Shown here: one piece after another, positions 49,400 to 58,408 of the stretch
Numbering within the stretch: the stretch's first letter is position 1
Layout: the number at the start of each line of letters is the position of its first letter
From: a virus
Reading direction: 5' to 3' (one strand)
Length of the DNA stretch: 64,000 nucleotides
Virus record (IMG/VR): IMGVR_UViG_3300045988_159115
Made by a program: the position numbers and the translations under genes
Notes under the pieces: model-generated
What the model was told of the DNA's origin: nothing
What the model saw: only the letters and a program-made list of their open reading frames with translations
Database searches by the model: none

Positions 49400-51763
49400 G
49401 AACAAATCATTCGTAAGAATTTGGCGGAAGAGTGTGAAAACTACATCAAGCTGTTTGGTGCAAATAAGAATCTCTACCGTATTATTCCGTCTATGATCGA
49501 CGGATTGAAACCCGTTCAGAGACGATTCCTCTATTCTCTGTATAAGGGAAAGGGTCGTACTCAGTTTATTAAAATGGCAAAGGCTGCTGCGGATACCACC
49601 GCAGCATATCATCCTCATGGTAGTGCATCAGTTGAAGACGTCGGTGCGAAGATGGCTTCTCCGATTGCGAATAACCTTACTACCGTGGAAGGCCAGGGAA
49701 ACTTCGGTTCCTATAAGTCAGACGAGGCAGCAGCTTCTCGTTACATTGAGTGCAAACTTTCGAAGTATGCACTGGAGTGCTTCTTCCGAGATTTCGATAT
49801 CTCCAATGTCGACATGAAGCCGACTTATACTGGCGATGACGTTGAGCCGGAATATCTCCCTGCAAAGTATCCTCATGCATTGATCAATCCTCAGCTGTCT
49901 GGTATTGGCTATGCATTTGCTTCTAATATCCCTCCTTTTAATTTTAAGGAAGTCTTGGAAGCAACGATTACCCTTCTGAAGAATCCGGATGCAAAGATTC
50001 TTCTGATTCCGGATTCTCCTACTGGAGCAGAAATCGTTGATGATGGTCAGTTTGAAAGAATCAATGCCGAAGGCCTTGGTACTTTCACTCTCCGTGGTAA
50101 ATGTGAAGTTGACGTTCAGAAGAATATCATCACCATTACTTCGATTCCTCTTCAGACAACCATTGATGATATCATCCGAAAGATCGTTGAGCTTCGTGAG
50201 AAAAAGGTCTTTGATGAGATTAAAGACATCAAGGACTATTCTGGAGAGAAGCACGTTCGGACTCTCATCTATCTTGATCAGAATGCCGATCCGTATGCAA
50301 CGATCGAGAAACTCTATACGAAGGGAACTGGTCTGAAGAAGACTTATCCTGTCGGTCTGAAGATGGTCGATGACTATCGTGACATCGACTATGGTGTGAA
50401 GTCTTTCCTTCTGGATTGGATTTCCTATCGTAGAGATACAGTTCGTTCTTCCTTCAATTCGAAGCTGATTGCTACGATGGAAGAGAAGAATATCAACGAC
50501 GCTCTTCTTCTGATCCTTGCTGGTAAGAATGGTGAAGCAACGATTAAGCTCGCTCGTGAGTCTTCCAATAAGGATGCTTTTGCGAAAGCACTGATGGAGA
50601 AGTATGGGATCAATTCTCAGCAGGCGTCTACGATTTCCAATATGCGAATCTACGCATTCACCAAGGATGCGTACGAAGAGTATAAGAAGAAGGAGCCTCT
50701 CTTGATTCAACAGATCAAAGATCTTGAAGCAACTCTGGATGACGACGGGAAGATTGATGAAGTGATCATCAGTCAGCTGAAGGAAGGCATTAAGCTGTTC
50801 GGTTCTCCCCGTAAGAGTCCAATTGTGAAAGAAGGTGAAGAAGACGAGATTGAATCAACTGATCATTGTGTTGCTATCTCTGAGGATGGATTCATTAAGA
50901 AGGTACTCCTCGGAGAGAGTAATGTCGGTAAAATCGGAGAAAAGATGAGCACTCGGACTATGGTTATCCCTGTCAATAATGAGCGCTCTCTGATTATCTT
51001 CGATGTGAATGGTCGAGCATACCGTCTTCCTGTTCATGCTCTTCCGGACTCTCTTCCGGAGGAGAATGGGATTCCTGTGGAGCGCTATTGCAAGGGTATC
51101 GGTGCCATCGTTGCTACTATGATCCAGCCCACAAAGAGTCAGCTTGAGAAGCATTCTATCTATGCTATCTTCCTGACTAAGAAGGGCGTTATGAAGGCGA
51201 TTGATGCAAACGAGATGTCCAACAACTTCAAATCCATGAACGTCATTAATGTGACGGATGGAGATGCTCTTGTTGGTGCAGCTTGCTCTATTGATCGAAG
51301 CCTGAATAACTTCATCATTTATACCGACGAGGGCAATGGTCTCCGTAAGGAACTCAGTGATATTCCTATCATGAAACCTGCTGCACAGGGAAGCAGAATG
51401 ATCAATCTGAAGAAGCATGAAAGCTGTGTTGGCTTTAATGGCATTTCTTCGAAGGATAAGTTCGTTCTGTATGTGACAGATCAGGGACGTGCAAAGGTCA
51501 CTGAGATGAAGTATTTCCCTCTGTCTAAGAAGAAGGAAATGGTCGCATTGATCACAATGGATCCAGGTGAACGTCTTGTCTGTGTCCGTGGTATTGAGCC
51601 CGGTTCTCTTATCACAGCATATGCAAAGACTGGATCTGAGACGATTAAGTCTGGCGACGTTCCTCTGTCCACTAGAGTAGCAGCACCGAAGAAGGTCTTT
51701 AAGCTCGGTAATTCTCGTACCAAGATCTTAGCGATTACTGTCGATAGACAGAACGCTGAGTAA
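49397..51763 (+). CDS. type IIA DNA topoisomerase, breakage-reunion subunit (GyrA/ParC/T4 gp52-like), 788 aa
   Basis: Motifs present are IDGLKPVQRRFLYSL, YHPHGSASVEDV and the active-site Tyr region AASRYIECKLS. Confidence 0.92.
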   Translation: MEQIIRKNLAEECENYIKLFGANKNLYRIIPSMIDGLKPVQRRFLYSLYKGKGRTQFIKMAKAAADTTAAYHPHGSASVEDVGAKMASPIANNLTTVEGQGNFGSYKSDEAAASRYIECKLSKYALECFFRDFDISNVDMKPTYTGDDVEPEYLPAKYPHALINPQLSGIGYAFASNIPPFNFKEVLEATITLLKNPDAKILLIPDSPTGAEIVDDGQFERINAEGLGTFTLRGKCEVDVQKNIITITSIPLQTTIDDIIRKIVELREKKVFDEIKDIKDYSGEKHVRTLIYLDQNADPYATIEKLYTKGTGLKKTYPVGLKMVDDYRDIDYGVKSFLLDWISYRRDTVRSSFNSKLIATMEEKNINDALLLILAGKNGEATIKLARESSNKDAFAKALMEKYGINSQQASTISNMRIYAFTKDAYEEYKKKEPLLIQQIKDLEATLDDDGKIDEVIISQLKEGIKLFGSPRKSPIVKEGEEDEIESTDHCVAISEDGFIKKVLLGESNVGKIGEKMSTRTMVIPVNNERSLIIFDVNGRAYRLPVHALPDSLPEENGIPVERYCKGIGAIVATMIQPTKSQLEKHSIYAIFLTKKGVMKAIDANEMSNNFKSMNVINVTDGDALVGAACSIDRSLNNFIIYTDEGNGLRKELSDIPIMKPAAQGSRMINLKKHESCVGFNGISSKDKFVLYVTDQGRAKVTEMKYFPLSKKKEMVALITMDPGERLVCVRGIEPGSLITAYAKTGSETIKSGDVPLSTRVAAPKKVFKLGNSRTKILAITVDRQNAE

Positions 51764-51768
51764 ATGAT

Positions 51769-51815
51769 AAATCCATAGTGAGTAGCTACCTGTGCTCTCA
51801 CTATGGATTTTTTTG
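51769..51815 (+). terminator. intrinsic terminator
   Basis: Stem aaatccatagtgag/ctcactatggattt followed by TTTTT. Confidence 0.85.
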
Positions 51816-51861
51816 TATTTGCACAATTCCTTAATACTTTTAATACGGGAGGAAGAAACCA

Positions 51862-52104
51862 ATGAAACAATCTGACGTACATCATCACATTCTGAAGACT
51901 CTTTACAAAGTAAACTCAGCAGTTCTCTTCTTCTTAGGTCTGTATCTTACCATTCGATTTGAAGTCGAGAACTGGAATACTAGACGAATCATTGCTCTCA
52001 TCAATAATCCTATGGAAGTTTTTGTTGGAGTGCTTGCGATTCTCGGTGGTTTCTTCTTCTTGTATAAATATCGTCACTATAATGAAGAAAGGGATGGGGA
52101 TTAA
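51862..52104 (+). CDS. small two-TM membrane protein (80 aa)
   Basis: SD is GGGAGGAAG. The hydrophobic segments are VLFFLGLYLTIRF and VFVGVLAILGGFFFLY. Confidence 0.7.
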   Translation: MKQSDVHHHILKTLYKVNSAVLFFLGLYLTIRFEVENWNTRRIIALINNPMEVFVGVLAILGGFFFLYKYRHYNEERDGD

Positions 52105-52403
52105 TGGAATACAAACAGATTCATGGTAGTTCCGGTGGTAGAAGTGCCGGAACTCCTCTTGATATTCCTTGGACTATTCGAAATGGCAGAGCTGCTCAAT
52201 GCACTTGTCTTCCGATGGTTGAAGAATGGCTGAAAGATGAAATTAACGCACGAAAGAACTGCGGTTGTACTGCTTGTGAATATTCCAAGAATATGCTTAG
52301 AGAACTTCAGCATATCGTGCAGGTTTATTCTAAGACCGAAGAGGGTATGAGCAGACGCTGTGATCGTGTTGATTCGTGCGATAAAATTCGAAATAAATTG
52401 TGA
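52104..52403 (+). CDS. small Cys-rich protein (99 aa, 7 Cys)
   Basis: A TAATG overlap joins it to the upstream gene. The sequence reads QCTC...NCGCTAC...RC...SC. Confidence 0.6.
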   Translation: MEYKQIHGSSGGRSAGTPLDIPWTIRNGRAAQCTCLPMVEEWLKDEINARKNCGCTACEYSKNMLRELQHIVQVYSKTEEGMSRRCDRVDSCDKIRNKL

Positions 52404-52480
52404 TTCCAACTGAGTGGTAATCGGAGGATAAAAATATTCTCTGAAAATCACGTCATGATGGTAAACATGGAGGTTTTATT

Positions 52481-52588
52481 ATGAGCGTAAATCGGTTTTT
52501 TAACGCAGTCACAAACGGTCTTGCTATCGCAGCGGTGATCATCTTTGCACCGATCGTTGCGGTGGTCGTTGGGACTCTGAAGGACTGA
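52481..52588 (+). CDS. unannotated 35-aa TM micro-protein
   Basis: ATGGAGG lies 10 nt upstream of ATG 52481. The product is MSVNRFFNAVTNGLAIAAVIIFAPIVAVVVGTLKD. It falls below the track length cutoff. Confidence 0.5.
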   Translation: MSVNRFFNAVTNGLAIAAVIIFAPIVAVVVGTLKD

Positions 52589-52598
52589 GGTGAGTACA

Positions 52599-52724
52599 AT
52601 GACATACAAAGCATACAGAGCAAAGTGCCGGGGAGAAAACTTCTCTTTCCTGGTGTATATCATTGGTCTTCTCATTTGGCTGCTCTTCGGCACGAATGAC
52701 ATTAAGCCCACTGGGAATAAATAA
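52599..52724 (+). CDS. unannotated 41-aa TM micro-protein
   Basis: GAGGTGAG lies 4-5 nt upstream of ATG 52599. The product is MTYKAYRAKCRGENFSFLVYIIGLLIWLLFGTNDIKPTGNK. Confidence 0.5.
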   Translation: MTYKAYRAKCRGENFSFLVYIIGLLIWLLFGTNDIKPTGNK

Positions 52725-52797
52725 TACTGAAAACGAAGAAGTAATGGATTCACATATAAGTCCGTTACTTCTTCATATTTTTATTTGGAGGTTTGTT

Positions 52798-54195
52798 ATG
52801 ACACATACAGATGTAGATGAAAATGGCATGGGTATGGTTCTCCTTACCGACTATCTTACGAGGTATTGGGACAATCGCCACCCTGAATATGAGCATGATC
52901 GTGCTCATTGCCACTATACCTATCGTAAGCATTCCGAATGGGATAAGCATGAGGTTAAAGATGTTCCTCCTTATTCCATTGATATTCCCTGTAACATCTC
53001 TATGAATCCGTTCAGTGGTATGATTTTTGAGACCATTGATGAGGCTCGTTCTACCCTGGCTGATTACATCAGCATGTTTGGTCAGGAAGCTACTTCTTAT
53101 GTCTATAAGAAGGATAGCCGCCTTGGTATGGTTCTCACTACCACGTTCGATGACACGGATGGTGAAACTTGGACCTGTGACATTATCCGTTTTAACACTG
53201 AGAATGATGCCAATACATATGTCATCAACATGTGGTGTGAGGTTGATCATTTTGTCAGTGGCTTGAAGGTTTCTTGCTTTGAGAAACGGCTTTACATGTG
53301 CAGCCAGACTGGTGAGTTCGTTGAACTGAAAGAGAATGATAATGGCGATGCAGGTCGCGGCGAAGTAGGTCGCATCGTTGTATATCCGAATATTTATGAC
53401 ATCGAGTTCAATTCCTACAATGGTGCTATGGAAGCATGGTGTTCCATTACCCACAAATGCAGGTTTATGAAGTTTGATCGGCACGTCTATCCGATTCATG
53501 GTTGCATGTATACCGCGTTTTCCGATGATTATGAACTTGGCATGCCAGATGAATCTTCAACCGTTACGGCTGAAGAGGTTGTTGCTTTGATGCCTAGTAA
53601 AAACGGCAATGGTAAGTGCTACCGCATCGTTTCTTTGAGCTGCGGCTGTGACAATATTGATGAAGTTTCTGCACTTGAAGCTACTCCGATCCCTCATCAC
53701 CAGACTGGCAAGACGGTTGATCTTACGACTCTGATGTGTGATGGCATTTATTATACCAAGAATCCGATGATGATTTATCAGACTCGTCGGAATTGTAACT
53801 GCCGTGACGGAAATGACAATGTTGTATTCTTCACGAATTCCGTAGCAGCCGATGGCGTTACTGGATTTGATAATTTCTCGAGGTTTATCTTCGGTGATTA
53901 TCAGGCAGCTTGCGATACCTTAAGGATCTTCCTCACAATGATGGGATACAAGTATGTGAAGGTGTCTCTTGATGGATCAATCACCGGTCTTGAGGATGAT
54001 CGCTATACGTATCACATCACTGCAAGAGTCGCTCAGGATCATGGTGCCAAACTTAGTACCATCCACGTTGCACTTCTCCCGATTTACGGTTCTGGCAGTG
54101 GAGTTGATAATTGCAATGTCAATTATGTTCCCATGTTCTATTCCGGTTTCTCCACTCTTCCTGTGATTCCCAAGAAATCTTCTGAAGATAAGTAA
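52798..54195 (+). CDS. Cys/His-rich hypothetical protein (465 aa)
   Basis: The start is moved to ATG 52798, preceded by TTGGAGG. There are many Cys and His residues and no recognised domain. Confidence 0.7.
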   Translation: MTHTDVDENGMGMVLLTDYLTRYWDNRHPEYEHDRAHCHYTYRKHSEWDKHEVKDVPPYSIDIPCNISMNPFSGMIFETIDEARSTLADYISMFGQEATSYVYKKDSRLGMVLTTTFDDTDGETWTCDIIRFNTENDANTYVINMWCEVDHFVSGLKVSCFEKRLYMCSQTGEFVELKENDNGDAGRGEVGRIVVYPNIYDIEFNSYNGAMEAWCSITHKCRFMKFDRHVYPIHGCMYTAFSDDYELGMPDESSTVTAEEVVALMPSKNGNGKCYRIVSLSCGCDNIDEVSALEATPIPHHQTGKTVDLTTLMCDGIYYTKNPMMIYQTRRNCNCRDGNDNVVFFTNSVAADGVTGFDNFSRFIFGDYQAACDTLRIFLTMMGYKYVKVSLDGSITGLEDDRYTYHITARVAQDHGAKLSTIHVALLPIYGSGSGVDNCNVNYVPMFYSGFSTLPVIPKKSSEDK

Positions 54196-54203
54196 ATAAC
54201 GAA

Positions 54204-54244
54204 AGTCGCCCACGATTAGCGGTCAATACTAATCGTGGGCGACT
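54204..54244. terminator. bidirectional hairpin between convergent genes
   Basis: 16-bp stem agtcgcccacgattag/ctaatcgtgggcgact. Confidence 0.75.
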
Positions 54245-54308
54245 TCCACTGTTATAAATTCAAGGAGGAAAAATATGAAGAATGAAGAAAAGACAAAGCA
54301 TCTTTCTC

Positions 54309-55034
54309 TTATCCATATGTAAATGGAATAATGTCCATTTGATACAGATTAGCCCAGTCATCAACGAGCTGCTTTCGCTGGTCAGCAGCATTCTGCCAGT
54401 CATCCAGTTTCATCTGAATGGTGCCATATGCTGTCTGAATCTCATTGTAGTGCTTCATCGTCTGATAGAGCATGTCCTTGACATCCAGAATTGCAAGATC
54501 ATGGAATGACTCTTCCATTGTCGGAGTGATAGTGGTCAGATTCTTGTCATGAATCATAGCGATATCAAAGACAAGCTGAGAACTACATAAGACGTTGTAG
54601 AGAGTGACCTTGCGAGGAGGCTCGTATTTGAAGAGTAGCTTCGGAACTGTCTGTCGTGTTAGAGCAAGACCAGCATTTGAGAGGATGCTCTGATTCATCA
54701 TATTGCCATGCAGAATTGGAATACCACCACCCCAATAGCCGATACCAGAAATATCTGCTTCATCGTATTTCACATCTACGATTTGAGTAATTTCATGGTT
54801 TGCGAAAATATCAGGGAGAAGATAAGTTTCCCAGTTTGCGTGCTTCTCTACACGTGTCAGATCCGTAAGATCAAACCGATAGGTTTCACGGTAAGGGCAA
54901 TATGTGCTGAACGTTCTTACGGTAATCGTCTGGATAACATCCATAATGGCTTGATCCAGATTATCAAACGGGAGTGCTAACGAATAAAGACCGAGTTCGA
55001 TTTTCATTCGTGTGACTAGAGTAGAAATATTCAT
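54309..55034 (-). CDS. hypothetical protein (241 aa), likely head-morphogenesis context
   Basis: SD is GGAGGTGAG. It lies directly downstream of the prohead protease in the same operon. Confidence 0.65.
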   Translation of the reverse strand: MNISTLVTRMKIELGLYSLALPFDNLDQAIMDVIQTITVRTFSTYCPYRETYRFDLTDLTRVEKHANWETYLLPDIFANHEITQIVDVKYDEADISGIGYWGGGIPILHGNMMNQSILSNAGLALTRQTVPKLLFKYEPPRKVTLYNVLCSSQLVFDIAMIHDKNLTTITPTMEESFHDLAILDVKDMLYQTMKHYNEIQTAYGTIQMKLDDWQNAADQRKQLVDDWANLYQMDIIPFTYG

Positions 55035-55064
55035 AATAACTCACCTCCAAAAATGAGTTGAGTA

Positions 55065-55943
55065 TTACTTACCGAAAGAACGGAAGAAATCATCAACCAG
55101 ACGCTTGGAGTTCTGATTGATATTGCAGTAGATGGTGTTGGTGTCCTGATCACGAATGATCATCTGCTTACGGCTACGAGTAAAGCCCATGACAGAATCT
55201 TCATCCAGGTCAAAGCTTTCCATCAGAACCTGAGCGTTCGGATCAGTTGCAGAAATACGGCCGATCAGATCCTTCATGGGGATAGCAATATCAGCAGCCT
55301 CACTGATGTAATGATTGGTTGTAACAACCTTATTACCTTCAGGATCCTTTGTGATAAACTTATTATCGACAGAAGTAATCTGCTCAGCTTCACGATGAGA
55401 CTGGAACAGAACCCAGTCGTAAGTGATGATCTGACGCACATTGACAACGGGTTTGGAGTTCTTGATGTTCATGGTCGCAATTGCGCGGCAGCTGAAACCA
55501 GGGATGAAGCCCTGAACCATCTTACGTGCAAGATTCATACCGGCGGCAGTGCCAGAGTCAGTCTGAATCTTGGAGATAAGCAGATTACGCTCGACATGAG
55601 GATTCAGCATCTTGTGAGAGGTGTTATTCATGTCGATATCACGAATGCGCTCAGGAGCGAGGGGCATATCCTTGTACTTCGGAGTGGGATGATTCATCTC
55701 ACCGAACCAGCCGCCATGAGACAGATAATGCTGAATACGCTCAGTCTTCAGGCACTGCTCAATATTGGCAGCTTCATACATACGGGAGTTACGATTCATA
55801 ACATCGAATGAGTGAATGCAGGATTCAAACTCGACATAAAAGACATCACCGTCATGATGGACTTTCATATCTTTAACGATATTCTGCTCGGGAGAAGTCT
55901 CTTCAGCAATATACATCACGCCGACATCTTGATCAATCGTCAT
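55065..55943 (-). CDS. prohead core protease, T4 gp21-like (292 aa)
   Basis: VMNRNSRMY, FGEMNHP and FIPGFSCRA align with T4 gp21 VNRNKRLY, LGELNHP and WIPGVSSRG, recalled from the gp21 sequence. Confidence 0.75.
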   Translation of the reverse strand: MTIDQDVGVMYIAEETSPEQNIVKDMKVHHDGDVFYVEFESCIHSFDVMNRNSRMYEAANIEQCLKTERIQHYLSHGGWFGEMNHPTPKYKDMPLAPERIRDIDMNNTSHKMLNPHVERNLLISKIQTDSGTAAGMNLARKMVQGFIPGFSCRAIATMNIKNSKPVVNVRQIITYDWVLFQSHREAEQITSVDNKFITKDPEGNKVVTTNHYISEAADIAIPMKDLIGRISATDPNAQVLMESFDLDEDSVMGFTRSRKQMIIRDQDTNTIYCNINQNSKRLVDDFFRSFGK

Positions 55944-55985
55944 AGTATATCAATCCTTTCTGTTTAGTATAGTTAGGAGCAAAAG

Positions 55986-56013
55986 CTTACCCTATTGTTT
56001 TTAGGGCATATAC
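55986..56013 (-). promoter_or_regulatory. TAAAAACA upstream motif (copy M4) with CCCTA..TAGGG dyad
   Basis: Gene orientation is GTATATGCCCTAAAAACAATAGGGTAAG, 53-60 nt upstream of ATG 55943. Confidence 0.5.
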
Positions 56014-56043
56014 TTACCATCCGTATATTCTATTAGTATAATG

Positions 56044-56053
56044 ATATATTATA
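56044..56053 (+). promoter_or_regulatory. ATATATTATA promoter-like motif (P11)
   Basis: The sequence is AATGATATATTATACAGGTAG, 87 nt upstream of ATG 56140. Confidence 0.4.
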
Positions 56054-56139
56054 CAGGTAGAAGATAGAGGAAGAAGAGTACTCTGTCAAATCAATTTGTA
56101 TGATCCTCGAGAATAAGAGGGTCGGAAGGAGATCATATT

Positions 56140-56745
56140 ATGAAAACCAACAACATCATCAAGAACGCAAGCAAGGCCATCCGTAACGGCAGCAAGAACT
56201 ACATCGGTTACTGCAACAAGTGCGCCGCACAGCGTGCTGTCGCTCGCAAGAACGATGCCAAGTACGACAGCAAGGTCTTCGCTAAGGCCCTTGTTGGAGG
56301 CGCAGCGATCTATTTGACCGTTGCTGCTGTCGATTTTGCAATCGACGTTGCACCCATGATCGTTAATAAGATCAAGGGTGATGCGAAGAAGGCGCTCGAC
56401 GAGAAGAACTCGGTGACTGTCCAGACCATGGAACGAGAGATGGCTATGCGCAAGGCCACCCTCGAGAACACCGGGTACACTGACTACTACGTCAGCGGAG
56501 ACACCATGGCGATGAACCACGGTGAGCTCACTGGTGGCGTGATCACCAAGGCTTGCCTCGATGCTAAGCCTGGCACGCTGCCCAGAATCATCATTGGCAA
56601 CTCTGTCAGTGATGAGCATGTGGACAAGATCTACACCGTCGATGGTCAGCCGAAGTGCTGCCCTTACGGTGAAGACCCTGCAACCACCAAGCATGAGAAG
56701 GATGTCACCTTCCCGATGTTCGGTGACCACAAGGTTGAAGAGTAA
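56140..56745 (+). CDS. hypothetical protein (201 aa) with a central TM segment
   Basis: SD is GGAAGGAG. Codon usage is C/G-ending. The TM segment is ALVGGAAIYLTVAAVDFAIDVAPMIV. Confidence 0.7.
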   Translation: MKTNNIIKNASKAIRNGSKNYIGYCNKCAAQRAVARKNDAKYDSKVFAKALVGGAAIYLTVAAVDFAIDVAPMIVNKIKGDAKKALDEKNSVTVQTMEREMAMRKATLENTGYTDYYVSGDTMAMNHGELTGGVITKACLDAKPGTLPRIIIGNSVSDEHVDKIYTVDGQPKCCPYGEDPATTKHEKDVTFPMFGDHKVEE

Positions 56746-56788
56746 AAGAAATCGAATAGCGTAAAATAGCGTAAAGGAGAAAACCACT

Positions 56789-56968
56789 ATGAAAAACAAT
56801 AACAGCACGAGCACGTCGACCATCATCGCCAATGTGGTTGTGTCCACCGTATTCATGTACGGCTGGATGCGACTCATCCTGAAGGACGTACCGGAGTACG
56901 TCAAGAGCAAGGGCCTCTTGAAGGTGGCCAAGGAGAAGTATGATTCCTTCATGGCGAAGGAAGCATAA
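56789..56968 (+). CDS. unannotated 59-aa TM protein
   Basis: AAAGGAG lies 8 nt upstream of ATG 56789. The product begins MKNNNSTSTSTIIANVVVSTVFMYGWMRLIL... The stop sits 8 nt before the terminator. It is one codon below the track cutoff. Confidence 0.6.
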   Translation: MKNNNSTSTSTIIANVVVSTVFMYGWMRLILKDVPEYVKSKGLLKVAKEKYDSFMAKEA

Positions 56969-56975
56969 CTTCTCA

Positions 56976-57016
56976 GAAGAAGGACCTAACAACCAGTTAG
57001 GTATCCTTCTTTTTTT
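56976..57016 (+). terminator. intrinsic terminator (twin of 10395-10434)
   Basis: Stem gaagaaggacctaac/gttaggtatccttct followed by TTTTTTT. Confidence 0.85.
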
Positions 57017-57070
57017 GTAATTACATTGATTACCTTAAATATAATTACAAAACTAAGGAGGATCATAGAA

Positions 57071-57508
57071 ATGACGATTACAGATGGTAGAGTTCCACAC
57101 GTCTGTGAGAATAGTACGATTGACAAATACATCAATACAAAAGCCCTCTTTAAGTTAGATGCGCATGGCGGTGTAATATTGGATCGGTTTTACATCGAGA
57201 TTTTCTACCACAGAGAACGGAGAAAGCAATTCCCGTATCAGCCAAATGTGACTTCATTAAAGATTCGAATCAAGGATCTGAATAATTATTCTGAGAAAAT
57301 CTTTGAAGATAAATTTGAGCAGTGGGAATTTTCTTCGATTCGAAAAATGATCAAAAAATATTCCGATTTTGAAAAAGTCGATTTTGAGTCGGCATATGTG
57401 GCTTTCAAAAAGAATTTGGAAGGAAGACTCACACTCATGCTTTATGACAATGCCGGAAAAGATATTTTATATAATGCGACAATGAATTCGGAGGGAGAAT
57501 TTGAATGA
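57071..57508 (+). CDS. hypothetical protein (145 aa)
   Basis: The start is moved to ATG 57071, preceded by TAAGGAGG. Confidence 0.65.
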   Translation: MTITDGRVPHVCENSTIDKYINTKALFKLDAHGGVILDRFYIEIFYHRERRKQFPYQPNVTSLKIRIKDLNNYSEKIFEDKFEQWEFSSIRKMIKKYSDFEKVDFESAYVAFKKNLEGRLTLMLYDNAGKDILYNATMNSEGEFE

Positions 57509-58404
57509 AACCAAGACATGTATACCAGCTTGCTGCTGGTCTAATGGAATCGTATGCTACCTCAGCTCTTCAATTCCTTAATCCTTTGACTGGAATTGAT
57601 GACTTAAGGAAATCCGGTGTTCGATATGAAGTATCGGATTTTATTGGCCGGATTATTCCAAAGGGAGCAAATAAGATTTCTCGAAGTAAAGGGAATCCGA
57701 TCAAAGGAGTTTATCTTGGCACCGTTTCTGGAGCAATACCGATTTTTTTGTTTATGGATATGGATACGGCATATCTTGTGAAGACGACCGTAAACGGAGA
57801 AGTTGAATCGGCTGAACCGTATAAAGGATATAATCCTTTTCGTGGGATTGACCCATCGGATTCTTTTGTGGCAGATTCTACTTTTACCACGATATCAAAT
57901 TCTCTTTATCAGATTCCATTGACAAAAGCGATGTATGAATTTATAATTCATGGTGGTAGATATATTTCCCTCTCAAATCCGAATGGTTGGAATTATATTA
58001 CTCCGACTATTTGCAAACGAAAGAATCTGGAAGATCCATCCGTTTTATCTTATAAACTTCTCGGAAATCCACTTCCAGATTACACGTATCCGTTTGTGGA
58101 ATATGTGAATGGAAAGTTTGCACGAATTACTCAGATCGTGGATGACAGGAAGGTATCTATTGAAGAGCATGATATGAAGTCAGATTCTGAGCTCCGTTGG
58201 ATTACGAATTTCAAATGGCCAAATATGGACGCTTGTATCAGTACTCTCTTTCGATATGAATTGATTCGAGATTATCAGCCTATTTCCGATCTTACGGTAT
58301 CAAATTGTGATAATACAGAAATCTTCAATGTTTGTGCTCGGAATAAGCATCAGAAGACTTTTATCTATGAGCGTTCCACTGGACATATGACTTTGATTTT
58401 ATAA
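57505..58404 (+). CDS. hypothetical protein (299 aa)
   Basis: An ATGA overlap joins it to the upstream gene. Confidence 0.65.
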   Translation: MKPRHVYQLAAGLMESYATSALQFLNPLTGIDDLRKSGVRYEVSDFIGRIIPKGANKISRSKGNPIKGVYLGTVSGAIPIFLFMDMDTAYLVKTTVNGEVESAEPYKGYNPFRGIDPSDSFVADSTFTTISNSLYQIPLTKAMYEFIIHGGRYISLSNPNGWNYITPTICKRKNLEDPSVLSYKLLGNPLPDYTYPFVEYVNGKFARITQIVDDRKVSIEEHDMKSDSELRWITNFKWPNMDACISTLFRYELIRDYQPISDLTVSNCDNTEIFNVCARNKHQKTFIYERSTGHMTLIL

Positions 58405-58408
58405 TACG

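Noticed and set aside
56755-56775. A tandem ATAGCGTAAA x2 between gene 56140-56745 and the 59-aa ORF.
   Set aside because: There are only two short units, which could be slippage. No evidence of function.
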